Below are positions 8,085 to 17,109 of a stretch of 64,000 bases of DNA, in pieces. This DNA comes from Candidatus Latescibacterota bacterium (GTDB lineage: Bacteria > Latescibacterota > UBA2968 > GCA-2709665), in the NCBI GenBank assembly GCA_965248435.1, contig OZ252100.1, positions 4,864,001 to 4,928,000 of the forward strand, in the 5' to 3' direction. The notes beneath the pieces were generated by a model, which did not search any database, was not told the origin of the DNA, and was given only the letters and a program-made list of their open reading frames with translations. Positions within the stretch are counted from its first letter, which is position 1; the number at the start of each line of letters is the position of its first letter. Position numbers and translations under genes: made by a program.

Positions 8085-10220
8085 TTACCTGTCAACGGTT
8101 AAGGCGGCGCCGAGCCTCAAACCCCTGGATATCCCGGCGCCCGCCCTGCGGTATCCGGTCGGTTTCAGACGCTCAAGACTGAAGAGGGCCTCCGCCTGGT
8201 CCCAGGCGTGAGGGGAGGAGAGGTCGTCGCTCTGGCCAAAGGGAACGACCGAATAGGATTCTACGTGACCCGGGGCTCTGAACAGGACTACGGTCGTGCA
8301 GGACTGTCCAGATTCCGCGTAACCCTCCAGCGGGTCGTCCGATTTTGCCACGACCTTCAGAGATTCCAGGCCGTTTCCCGAGCTGCCGGACAGGCCCCAC
8401 GAGCGCTCCCCCCTCCGAACCCTGTTGAAGGCCTTCCACGGCAGGTTGAATCGCGCGTATTTCGATTTCAAGTCGAACGCGGCTTCGGCTACAGCCCTGA
8501 GAAGCGCCCTGCGCGTCTGCCGCCCAAGCCTTTCGCGTGCGAGAACCTGACGAATGTCGACGTCTCGCCCGTTCTCCCGACACATCTGCTGCCACCTCAC
8601 ATAGAGCGCCATTCCTTTCGCCTCCTGGTCCGCCCGCCCGTCCCACCTGCCGATGAGACGCACGGCATCCTCGAGATGAGGATATGCCGCTTGAAGCGCA
8701 GGACCCTCTGAATCGAAGGCTTCGAGGAGGGCGCGCTGCCAGAGCTCCGAGTGGACGACGTAGGCGTCGAGCGCCACGTCGAAAGCCTCTTGGAGGGTCA
8801 TCCGGGAATGTCGAGAAAGGAGCTGCCTGGCCCGAAACGAACGCGGAGATTCGGAGCCTGCCATACTATTGAAGATGTAATCGGGATAGCGGTCTGGCGT
8901 GAGCGGGCTGTAGGCCGTGAGCAGGTCCGGGGGGGTGCCGCAGTCCTGCAGCCATCCCTGCGATGGATTGTGGATCTGGATCAGGTCCTCCTGGGGGTGG
9001 ACACCCAACCAATCTGTTTCGGACCCATTTCCCTGCAAGGGCCGGTCCCACTGAAACATTTCTGACCTTACCGGTATGCGCCCTGTCCTGATCGTGGAAA
9101 TATTGCCCTCTACATCTCCGTAGACCAGCCTCAAGGGCCCGGTCTGGGCAAGGGCGAGCGCCGAGAAGAAGGCTTTGACGTCCTTTGCGGTCATCTGGCG
9201 GTAATACTGCTCGATTTGACCGGCCAGGTCTTTTGCGGAAAATCGAAATATGGTGGCCCGACGGCCCTGCCGGAAGAGGATGGGACCGTAATCGGATCGC
9301 TGTGTTCGCCTGCTGAGGGTCTCTATTTCTTTCTTGATCCTGACCTCTATCCGAATCGTATCTGTCCGGACCTCCTTCCACGTTCCCTCGTAGCGATACC
9401 GAGAGGCGGTTGGTGATTCCATTTCGATTTCGTAAACATCCGCTGCATCCGATCCCCCCGGCGCTGCTGACCAGCCCAGGAAGTCGTTGTGTCCGAACAG
9501 GAATACCGGTAGCCCGGGATGTGTGAATCCGAACGCATCGAGGTTCCCCCCGTGCAGGTGGGCTTCGTACCATCTTGTCTGACCGCCCCAGGGCGCGTGA
9601 GGGTCTATACATAAGATCACCGCGTCTTCCGCGGACCGTTCAGCGCTCACGACCCACTGGTTCGACCCGACGTCCCAGGGCGACTCCCCGGCGTATTCTC
9701 GCTCTGCCTGGGCCAGGAGCGCCGGCCAGGTTGCATACCGTGCGAGCGCCAGGACGTGATAAGGCTCAGGCTCGAAGCCCCAGGCCGGAACGGCTTCTGG
9801 ATTGCCCTCCATGTAGGCATTGACCCCACCTAGAAAACCCTCGACGAGGTTCCTGACCTCCGGGTCGAGGTCCGGATATCCACGTATAGCGATCTCTTTG
9901 TGCCTCCAGAGCCGCTGCGTGAAGTCCTGCTCTACGTAGGCCTTCCCGAAATGACGGGCCATCTGACCCGTGGCCGCGAGATAGTTTTTCAGGATGGCTT
10001 CCAGCCGGTCCTCCGCCTGGGCATATCCAAAGGCATACATCGCATCCACCTCACGATTTCCGTAGATATGCGGCACGCCCCACCCGTCCCGATAGATCCT
10101 GACCTGCCCAGGTTCGGCGGAGGCCCATTCGGGGGCGAGGGTGATGGCCACGGCGATCAGGACGAGCGCTTCAAAGGCCCTCAGAGGCTTGACAGTGTGA
10201 AACCGGTTTCTTAGCTTCAT
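8085..10220 (-). CDS. Penicillin acylase family Ntn-hydrolase (secreted)
   Basis: Signal peptide, RDGWGVPHIY, GYAQAEDRL, nucleophile segment GSNQWVV...DPH. Confidence 0.9.
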   Translation of the reverse strand: MKLRNRFHTVKPLRAFEALVLIAVAITLAPEWASAEPGQVRIYRDGWGVPHIYGNREVDAMYAFGYAQAEDRLEAILKNYLAATGQMARHFGKAYVEQDFTQRLWRHKEIAIRGYPDLDPEVRNLVEGFLGGVNAYMEGNPEAVPAWGFEPEPYHVLALARYATWPALLAQAEREYAGESPWDVGSNQWVVSAERSAEDAVILCIDPHAPWGGQTRWYEAHLHGGNLDAFGFTHPGLPVFLFGHNDFLGWSAAPGGSDAADVYEIEMESPTASRYRYEGTWKEVRTDTIRIEVRIKKEIETLSRRTQRSDYGPILFRQGRRATIFRFSAKDLAGQIEQYYRQMTAKDVKAFFSALALAQTGPLRLVYGDVEGNISTIRTGRIPVRSEMFQWDRPLQGNGSETDWLGVHPQEDLIQIHNPSQGWLQDCGTPPDLLTAYSPLTPDRYPDYIFNSMAGSESPRSFRARQLLSRHSRMTLQEAFDVALDAYVVHSELWQRALLEAFDSEGPALQAAYPHLEDAVRLIGRWDGRADQEAKGMALYVRWQQMCRENGRDVDIRQVLARERLGRQTRRALLRAVAEAAFDLKSKYARFNLPWKAFNRVRRGERSWGLSGSSGNGLESLKVVAKSDDPLEGYAESGQSCTTVVLFRAPGHVESYSVVPFGQSDDLSSPHAWDQAEALFSLERLKPTGYRRAGAGISRGLRLGAALTVDR

Positions 10221-10360
10221 TTAATCGTGTCCGGCAATCGGAAGGGTCGCGCAACGTGGAAGCGCTCGACGGGGATTGATGTGGCCATAATATAGAGAAA
10301 TAGTGATCCAGGCATTCAACTGATTGGGGATTGGCTCCAAGGTTCAGGAGGTGAAACAGA

Positions 10361-10753
10361 ATGGAAGAAAGCGAAACAGGAAGCGCGGAACAGCAGAATC
10401 AGCTCCTCTTTATGCAGATCGTGATGATGTTCCACGGCGCAGCCTTTCAGCACATGGGAAAGGTGATGAACCCGATCACACAAAAGGTGGAAAGAGATCT
10501 GGCTCAGGCGAAACACGCGATCGACATTCTGGGGATGCTTGAGGAGAAGACCCGTGGCAATCTCACGGAAGACGAAAAACGCATGATGGAGCACACGCTT
10601 TACGAGCTCCGGATGAACTATCTGGATGAAGCAAACAAAGGGGAAGGGGCAGAAAAGGCTGAGCCGGAGGGCGCAGAGACCGGGGCGGAGTCGAGCGAAG
10701 GGGAGAGGGAGAAAGCCGAGGCGTCGGAGTCGACAGAGGAGAGTGAGAATTGA
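10361..10753 (+). CDS. DUF1844 domain protein
   Basis: G...NP....E.DL.QAK..ID.L.MLEEKT.GNL..DE..M....LYELRMNY pattern; AGGAGG RBS. Confidence 0.85.
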   Translation: MEESETGSAEQQNQLLFMQIVMMFHGAAFQHMGKVMNPITQKVERDLAQAKHAIDILGMLEEKTRGNLTEDEKRMMEHTLYELRMNYLDEANKGEGAEKAEPEGAETGAESSEGEREKAEASESTEESEN

Positions 10754-11250
10754 CAGGGTGGTTCAAGGTGGCGGGGGTGCTGCTGCTCCTCTGCATCGTG
10801 TATGGCTGTGCCTACTACTCCACCTCGGCGACCGGAGGGTCGGGCTTTCGATCCGTTTCCGTTCCGCTTCTCGAGAATGAAAGCCTCGAATCAGGCATCC
10901 ACCAGGCCTTCACAGACTCCCTCATTCAGGCGTTCTTGACCGACGGCGCATTGAGGGTTGTGGATGAAGACCGGGCCGATGTGATCCTGAAAGGGACGGT
11001 GCTGGAGGTCAGGGAGGAACCTTTTACTTATGGAGAGGAGGCCGACCAGTTTCAGATTTCGGTTTTTCTGGATATGGAACTCTACGATACGCGGACAAAG
11101 AAGCCGCTCTGGGAAGAAAAGCGGCTCCGCGGATACGGCATCTACAGCGCGGAGCTGAAGCGGGAGGAAGAACGAATAAAGGGATTGGCCGACGCGTTCG
11201 CGATCTTGACCAGAGATATTGTGGACAGAACACAGGTTGGAGGGTGGTAG
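10750..11250 (+). CDS. LptE-like lipoprotein
   Basis: Lipobox VYGC, then SVSVP.LEN and ADVIL.G.V motifs, C-terminal helix ending in W. Confidence 0.75.
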   Translation: MTGWFKVAGVLLLLCIVYGCAYYSTSATGGSGFRSVSVPLLENESLESGIHQAFTDSLIQAFLTDGALRVVDEDRADVILKGTVLEVREEPFTYGEEADQFQISVFLDMELYDTRTKKPLWEEKRLRGYGIYSAELKREEERIKGLADAFAILTRDIVDRTQVGGW

Positions 11251-11321
11251 TTCAGAATCCGTCCGTTGTGGTGGAAGGAGAAAGGTCGACCCTTCCAGTT
11301 TAAGGTGGGGTCGTTTTTGCT

Positions 11322-12483
11322 TTGCTCAATTTTGGACTTCATATCCGCGGTGCCGAATCGGCCCTGGATCGCCAAGGGGTCCGGGCTCTGCTGGCCTCGC
11401 AATTCGAGGTTCGGCCCGGGCTGGGCGCCCGCTTTGCGCGGCTCTACGATTCGTTATTTGCCGTAGATTGGGGTGTCGCAGGCACCTTCTCGCGCGTCGC
11501 GGTGGTGAACGGAGAGGTCGTGGGTCACGCGCTGCTCGTGCAGCGACAGTTCTGGGTAGATGGGACGGAGTTCACCGGCGGCATCGTGGCTATGGTTGTG
11601 GTCCACGGAGAGTTCACCGGTAGGGGGATCGGGACCGCGCTGATGGAAGATGTAGAAGCCCTTGCAAGACGCAAGGGCCTTCTGATGCTCCACCTTGCCG
11701 GGGATCCAGGATTCTACACGCGATTCGGCTACGTGGATGCCTACCTCCGGTGCAGCGCGGCGCTCCCGGCTTTGTCGGCTCCAAAGTCCGTCTATGACCT
11801 TCGCAAGGCCGCGGAGGCAGACATTCCGGAATTGGTGCGGCTTTCCTGCGAGGAGAGGGTGACGGGCGGGGTGAATCCTACCGAGTCCAGATGGAGGTGG
11901 TTGCTCAAAACGGGCCATCCTTTCGGCCTCCTCGAAAAGAACGATGTCCTCCTCGGCTTCCTGGCCGAGGAGGATTTTTGTTTGGTCCTTAGGAAGGGTG
12001 CAGAGACACGGGGGTTTCTTCGGGCTGCAGGAGGCGGGAGCAGATCTGCCACCTGAAAATCGGTTGATGAGGGCGGCAGTCGAGGATGGGGCGAGGATTC
12101 AGATCGACCAGGATCCTGAGCTTCTGGTGAAAGTTCTGGACGCTTCTTCCTTGTTGATGCGGCTCCACCACACCCTGGCGCTGAGATGGGCGGAAGCGGG
12201 GATCTCGCGCGACGAGGCTCGGATCGCGCTTTCTAGCGGCGAGGATGGGGTCTTGCTGGCATTTGGAGAGAAGGCGTTGAACGTTTTGGCGAAGCCCGTG
12301 GCTGAAGAAGCGGCCGATTGGCGCGTGACTCTGCCTGAAATCGGACTGGCCCGGGCCATCCTTGGAACGGATGCCCTGGCCGAGCGCATCGCTTCTCAGG
12401 ATGTCGAATCCGATCTTCTAGAGCTTATCAACGCGGTTTTCCCGGCCAGAAGTCCATACTTCTGGCTTAGTGACTCTCTTTAG
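11322..12483 (+). pseudogene. Eis-like GNAT acetyltransferase split by a frameshift near 12040
   Basis: The GNAT ORF (V.V..EFTGRGIG.ALM, FYTRFGY) stops at 12056; a sterol-carrier-like C-terminal part (LLVKVLD..., FPARSPYFWLSDSL) continues in another frame to 12483. Confidence 0.65.
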
Positions 12484-12624
12484 AGAAGGTCCATTATCGC
12501 GCCCCTTTCCTGGGCGCGCGATCATATATTAATCTTATTAAACAATGGGTTATGTGCGAATACCATGCTTCAGCATCCCTCCTGGATCGTCTTTATGGGG
12601 CACTGAAGGACGGCCAAAAGAGGC

Positions 12625-12651
12625 TAAAGCTTCTTACGAGGTGTCCGATAA
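12625..12651 (+). promoter_or_regulatory. Sigma28 (FliA/SigD)-type promoter
   Basis: TAAA-N15-TCCGATAA versus consensus TAAA-N15-GCCGATAA, 80 nt upstream of the ORF at 12731. Confidence 0.75.
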
Positions 12652-12676
12652 ACAAAATATAATCGTACCAAATAAT

Positions 12677-12706
12677 ATCAAGCGATTCCAAATCAAGCGA
12701 TTCCAA
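12677..12706 (+). repeat. Perfect 15-bp tandem duplication (ATCAAGCGATTCCAA x2) in the 5' leader
   Basis: Directly visible; lies between the sigma28 box and the RBS. Confidence 0.85.
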
Positions 12707-12730
12707 AAACTCTTAGCCAAGGAGGGCTAA

Positions 12731-12916
12731 ATGTACCCACAGGATGCGAAAAACCGAGCTCAGGATGCAGGAGACGAGCGTGAGCAAAACGCGGCTGTCC
12801 CCACTCCTCTGTCTGAAACGGATTCGACGCAGCGAACCCCTCTGCTGAAGAACCTGATAAACAGAGATCTTCTCGGATTTATGAGCCGGTTTTTCGTCAA
12901 TCGATTCCCCTCTTAG
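12731..12916 (+). CDS. Hypothetical 61-aa microprotein
   Basis: AAGGAGGG RBS 4 nt before the ATG; first ORF downstream of the sigma28 promoter. Confidence 0.6.
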   Translation: MYPQDAKNRAQDAGDEREQNAAVPTPLSETDSTQRTPLLKNLINRDLLGFMSRFFVNRFPS

Positions 12917-12999
12917 GTACGCCATGCGAGAGATTTCCATCAATAAGATTCAAAGCCCAGACCTGCGACCGGGTCTGCCCATCTTACAGGAGGTAAGAG

Positions 13000-13179
13000 A
13001 TGGATCGGAACACCTCAGAGAGATTGATCAGACGTTTTGGATTTGAGAAAGGATTGCACCTTCTAAACGTTATGACCGCGCGAGACCTCGGGATGATTCC
13101 TGAAAAGCGTATTATCAATTTTGTCGAGAATAACATTCGGTTCTACAGCGTAGGCGACGAAGCAACGACCCAGGACTGA
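13000..13179 (+). CDS. Hypothetical 59-aa microprotein, FGxEKGLH family copy 1 (absent from the supplied ORF track)
   Basis: AGGAGGT RBS; translates MDRNTSERLIRRFGFEKGLHLLNVMTARDLGMIPEKRIINFVENNIRFYSVGDEATTQD; homologous to 16261-16449; followed by a terminator. Confidence 0.75.
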   Translation: MDRNTSERLIRRFGFEKGLHLLNVMTARDLGMIPEKRIINFVENNIRFYSVGDEATTQD

Positions 13180-13200
13180 TGCCTATTCCATATTCAAATA

Positions 13201-13234
13201 AAAGGGCGCGATCTTCAACAGATCGCGCCTTTTT
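13201..13234 (+). terminator. Bidirectional Rho-independent terminator
   Basis: GGCGCGATC/GATCGCGCC stem flanked by an A-run and a T-run, between convergent genes. Confidence 0.8.
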
Positions 13235-13259
13235 ACATTCTTGATTCGGTCGGGTCACC

Positions 13260-14711
13260 TCATTCCCTTGACTGGCTCTCCAGAAAAGCGATCAGGCCGT
13301 TCAAGGATTTGTGCACTTCCTTGAAGTAGCGATTTTCCTTAAAGGGTCGAATCATCTCCCACTTTTCGAACGTAAAGCGCTCAGAGGAATACTCGATGGG
13401 GGCGTACATGAATTTGACCCCGAAACTCTTGAACTGCACTTCCTCCTCGTCTTCCTCGACCTCACAACCTACAATCTTCCCCAGGATGGAGATCCGCTTG
13501 GGAAGCAGGGGACGGTATGCATCCGTATCCCTGTTGAAGCGCAGCCTGGGATAGAAGTTGAAGAGAAGGACCATGTTTTCCAGGGTCACCATCTGGTCCT
13601 CCAGGGGGATCTTTTGCCAGTCTTTTCCGAGCAGGTATTCGAGAAATGCATCACTATTGTCGAACCGAAAACCGTTTACGCTGAAGTCAACAACCCCGAC
13701 CTGGAACCCTCTTTCCACCTTGATTTGCATCTGGGGGCGCAGTGTAATGTTTTCGAGGCCGCCTTTTGAGACTTCCGAAACCAGCTCGTAGTAGTTGAAG
13801 CTGCCATCTACAGAACGCGCCCCGTAGTGGAGCACGAGGGTGTCCTCTACCTTGAGGTAGGAGGGGTCGCGCCTGTCTTTGATACGGGAGATGATCGGCT
13901 TCTTGATGTGCAGGTTGCGCCCTATTTCTTCACTGCCCAGTCCCAGCACATCTGAATAGCCGAGTTCCAGCAGGATGGAACGGTTCTGCTTTTCGTCTGT
14001 GACCGGCTTGGACACGTGCACGTTGCGATCTTCGGAATAATTTGCCTTCATGGCCTCCTTGAATTCCTGGACCAGCTGCTCCAGATTTAACCTGGAACCC
14101 GGAGTGCCCTCTTCACCCTGGTTGTGTGGAATCGCTTTCAGGTCTTCGATCCAGAGTTGAAAGGGTCCATCCTCAGGATAGGTCTGATCGGTTTTCCACA
14201 CGACGGCATCGAACAGAATCTGCGGATAGACGGGCAGAGCGGCACGTCCGCGGACGTGGGTAAATCGCAGAGAGCTTCTCTTGTCTTGTTTAATGACATC
14301 GGAAAGAGGCGCCAGTCTGTAAACCGCACCCACTTTTGGGTCGATCCGCTGCAGGACTTCCAGCGGAAGGCGGACCATCTCTTCCACCTCACACTCCAAC
14401 ACGCGAGGCACCCTTTCGTGAAGAAACCAGAGCTTAATAATTTCTCCGTTGCCCTGAAGCAGACCCCTTGTTTCGGTCTTGATTGCGTCCGGGACGGTTG
14501 CGAACAGTCCACGGTCCCTGATCATCAATTGGCCGTCGTATTTGAGCAGGAGGGTCGTTCCCAGGTCTTCCTGGACCGGTTCTCCCGCAGCCGTTTGGAC
14601 GAGCGTACAGTTCGCGGAACTGACTTCGAAGTCGGCCATTTTCAGCAGGGCCTTGCCCCTGAGACTCAGGCGGGATCTGGCGCCCCGTTTTATGAAAAGA
14701 TTACCAAGCAT
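13260..14711 (-). CDS. Hypothetical protein with split PilZ-type c-di-GMP motifs
   Basis: 483-aa ORF; QDKRSSLRF (RxxxR, aa 145-149), VVDFSVNGFRF (DxSxxG, aa 342-347), late FGVKF strand. Confidence 0.6.
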   Translation of the reverse strand: MLGNLFIKRGARSRLSLRGKALLKMADFEVSSANCTLVQTAAGEPVQEDLGTTLLLKYDGQLMIRDRGLFATVPDAIKTETRGLLQGNGEIIKLWFLHERVPRVLECEVEEMVRLPLEVLQRIDPKVGAVYRLAPLSDVIKQDKRSSLRFTHVRGRAALPVYPQILFDAVVWKTDQTYPEDGPFQLWIEDLKAIPHNQGEEGTPGSRLNLEQLVQEFKEAMKANYSEDRNVHVSKPVTDEKQNRSILLELGYSDVLGLGSEEIGRNLHIKKPIISRIKDRRDPSYLKVEDTLVLHYGARSVDGSFNYYELVSEVSKGGLENITLRPQMQIKVERGFQVGVVDFSVNGFRFDNSDAFLEYLLGKDWQKIPLEDQMVTLENMVLLFNFYPRLRFNRDTDAYRPLLPKRISILGKIVGCEVEEDEEEVQFKSFGVKFMYAPIEYSSERFTFEKWEMIRPFKENRYFKEVHKSLNGLIAFLESQSRE

Positions 14712-14902
14712 TTTCTGAATGAATCCACTTGTGTTTGATGCTATAATTTCTACTAATAATGTATTTGTATATCGGACGAAGTCAAGACTGCATGCAGTTC
14801 AATTTCTGCAAAGGAGTTGATCGGGTTGGTGTGCTCGCCTATATTTTCAAACTCCGATGCTTGATGGGTGCCTCCTGAGTCCAATTCACGAGGGCAGGTG
14901 AC

Positions 14903-15364
14903 TTGCCGGCCGCTGTGTCAAAAATCACGCGTGACTTTACCGCAACGACGTTTGTCGTTCAGGACGAGCGTACGATATTGCTTTTCCACAAGAAGATCAA
15001 ACAGTGGTTTCCCCCGGGTGGTCACATTCATCCGAATGAACTCCCTTGCGAGGCGGCGGTTCGAGAGGTCGAGGAGGAAACCGGTCTCCGGGTGGAGTTG
15101 ATTTCAGAGCGATCCAGAATGGGCTCCGTGGAACTGCTTTGCCGGCCCGAGTGTGTGCTGCTCGAACAGATAGAGCCCCACCATCAACATATCGATCTGA
15201 TCTATTTCGCCAGAGTCGTGGGCGGCTGCTTCCGATATGCGCCTTCAGAAGCGGAGGACTACAGATGGTGCACCGAAGAGGATCTCGACGATCCAGAGAT
15301 TCCGGAGGACATCCGACAGTTGGGGAAAAAGGCCATTCGAGATATTTACGATGCCAAGAGATAA
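14903..15364 (+). CDS. NUDIX hydrolase
   Basis: PGGHI.PNE...EAA.REV.EETGL Nudix box, HQHIDLIY. Confidence 0.92.
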   Translation: MPAAVSKITRDFTATTFVVQDERTILLFHKKIKQWFPPGGHIHPNELPCEAAVREVEEETGLRVELISERSRMGSVELLCRPECVLLEQIEPHHQHIDLIYFARVVGGCFRYAPSEAEDYRWCTEEDLDDPEIPEDIRQLGKKAIRDIYDAKR

Positions 15365-16289
15365 CGTTGTAGCCGATAGTATTCTAGGTCTGGTCGGAGA
15401 GACCCCGGTGATCCGATTGCGGCGGGTCGTATCTCCAGGGATGGCAGAGGTGGTAGCGAAGGCCGAATGGCTGAATCCCGCTGGTTCGGTGAAGGACCGG
15501 ATTGCCCGGGCCATGATCGATGCGGCTGAAAAGAAGGGAGATCTAAGGCAGGGGATGAGAATCGTGGAGCCAACGAGTGGAAATACGGGTATTGGCCTGG
15601 CCATGGTCGCCGCCTCGAAGGGTTATCGGCTGACGCTTACGATGCCGGACACGATGAGCCAGGAAAGGATCGAGCTTCTGAGGAGTTTTGATGCAGAAGT
15701 CGTGCTGACGCCCGGAGACGAAGACATGGATGGGGCGGTCAAGGCGGCACACGAAATCCTTGCTGAATCCCCGGAGACGACCTTTATGCCTCAACAGTTC
15801 GAGAACGAGGCCAATCCGGAAGTACATAGAAGAACGACCGCGGCCGAAATCCTGAAAGCCACTGACGGGCATGTGGATGCGCTTGTCGCTGGAGTCGGAA
15901 CGGGCGGGACGATAACAGGTGTGGGAGAGGTCCTGAAGGAGCAGAACCCGGATGTCCTGGTTGTGGCCGTTGAACCTTCGAGCTCGAACGTCCTTTCTGG
16001 AGGGAGGGCTGGGCCTCACAACATCCAGGGGATCGGGGCCGGATTTGTTCCACGCGTTCTCAACCGTGATGTGATTGATGAGGTGATCTGCGTAGAAGAA
16101 CCCGAGGCCTTCGAAATGGCTCACAGGCTCGCGAGGGAAGAGGGGTTGCTCGTCGGGATCTCGGCAGGTGCCAATGTTCACGTGGCCCTGGAGATCGCCG
16201 AGCGGTTGGGAGAGGGGAAGCGGGTTGTGACTCTACTTTGTGATTCCGGAGGGCGATACTTCAGCGTTGAGGGTTTTTCGACCGCCTGA
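15351..16289 (+). CDS. cysK: Cysteine synthase A
   Basis: NPAGSVKDR (PLP lysine), EPTSGNTG, QQFEN.AN, GVGTGGT, H.IQGIG, GISAGA. Confidence 0.95.
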   Translation: MPRDNVVADSILGLVGETPVIRLRRVVSPGMAEVVAKAEWLNPAGSVKDRIARAMIDAAEKKGDLRQGMRIVEPTSGNTGIGLAMVAASKGYRLTLTMPDTMSQERIELLRSFDAEVVLTPGDEDMDGAVKAAHEILAESPETTFMPQQFENEANPEVHRRTTAAEILKATDGHVDALVAGVGTGGTITGVGEVLKEQNPDVLVVAVEPSSSNVLSGGRAGPHNIQGIGAGFVPRVLNRDVIDEVICVEEPEAFEMAHRLAREEGLLVGISAGANVHVALEIAERLGEGKRVVTLLCDSGGRYFSVEGFSTA

Positions 16290-16449
16290 CACTTTTGGGC
16301 TTTCCCTTCTTCAGGTTCGCCCTCGGATTTGGACGGGTATCGCTGTGCCGGATTGTGGTGTCGTCCATAGCCGTGAAAAGGTTTAGAATATGAAGGCCTT
16401 TTTCGACACCGAACATCTCGATCAGGCTTTGGATGGTTTCTGGGGACAA
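16261..16449 (-). CDS. Hypothetical 62-aa microprotein, FGxEKGLH family copy 2
   Basis: AGGAGG 5 nt before TTG; N-terminal LIEMFGVEKGLHILNLFTA matches 13000-13179; sigma54 box upstream. Confidence 0.72.
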   Translation of the reverse strand: MSPETIQSLIEMFGVEKGLHILNLFTAMDDTTIRHSDTRPNPRANLKKGKPKSVRRSKNPQR

Positions 16450-16569
16450 TTTTTCCTCCTGAAAGGGATATTTTGACCCTATCTGAATACCTGGAACGGC
16501 CTGAAGTGATGAAACAAGGCAGAAAATCAGAAGCCAGGCGTTCCGCCGGGCTTCATTCGTCTATATCTC

Positions 16570-16584
16570 GCAATTCGTATGCCA
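16570..16584 (-). promoter_or_regulatory. Sigma54 promoter driving the 16449 microprotein
   Basis: Minus strand reads TGGCATACGAATTGC, 14/15 identical to the fliG sigma54 box. Confidence 0.78.
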
Positions 16585-16606
16585 CCTCGATGCAAAGCAG
16601 GCGAGG

Positions 16607-17050
16607 TTGAAGATGCCGGATCCTGATCGCAAGAACGCCTGGAAACGCCTGTCAGACCCGGAGGTAAAGGATCGGATCTATCGCTTCTTGAGCATCGGGG
16701 CGATCCTCATCCTGGTCGGGGGATCGGTGGTCCTGCTCCTCGCCTTCGTGATGAAGCTGGAGATCCTGGCGGTCGCCTTTCTGGGACTTTTTTCGGTGGT
16801 GGTGGCGTTCTACGTCTTCGACAAGCTCTGGCCTCGGGAGATGGAACCCCCCTCGGGTATTGGGGAGGCGGTTGTAAAGGCGTTAGAAGAGCCGAAGCCA
16901 GTTCCGCTGTCACCGGAAGAGTACCGCAGACAGAAGGAGCGGGCTCAAAAACTCATAAGAGACAAAGCGGCTCCTGCACTGGCGAAGGCGATTCGGGGTA
17001 TCTTGAATCAGGACAAGCTGAAGAGAGAGGACCGCAGGCGGAGACGTTGA
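16607..17050 (+). CDS. Hypothetical two-TM membrane protein with a charged helical tail
   Basis: Two hydrophobic segments at about aa 27-72; tail RAQKLIRDKAAPALAKAIRGILNQDK; followed by a terminator. Confidence 0.75.
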   Translation: MKMPDPDRKNAWKRLSDPEVKDRIYRFLSIGAILILVGGSVVLLLAFVMKLEILAVAFLGLFSVVVAFYVFDKLWPREMEPPSGIGEAVVKALEEPKPVPLSPEEYRRQKERAQKLIRDKAAPALAKAIRGILNQDKLKREDRRRRR

Positions 17051-17081
17051 ATAATGCCGGAAGGGTTATGAGAAGACGAAG

Positions 17082-17109
17082 AAGGGGCGGCGTAGCAGCC
17101 GCCCCTTTT
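17082..17109 (+). terminator. Rho-independent terminator
   Basis: AAGGGGCGGC/GCCGCCCCTT stem with a T-run, between convergent genes. Confidence 0.75.

Noticed and set aside
12545-12730. 61-aa ORF spanning the sigma28 promoter
   Set aside because: It has no RBS and overlaps the promoter and tandem repeat; probably spurious.
12540-12999. c-di-GMP riboswitch ahead of the microprotein genes
   Set aside because: Hairpins exist, but I could not find the conserved GEMM-I or c-di-GMP-II core motifs.
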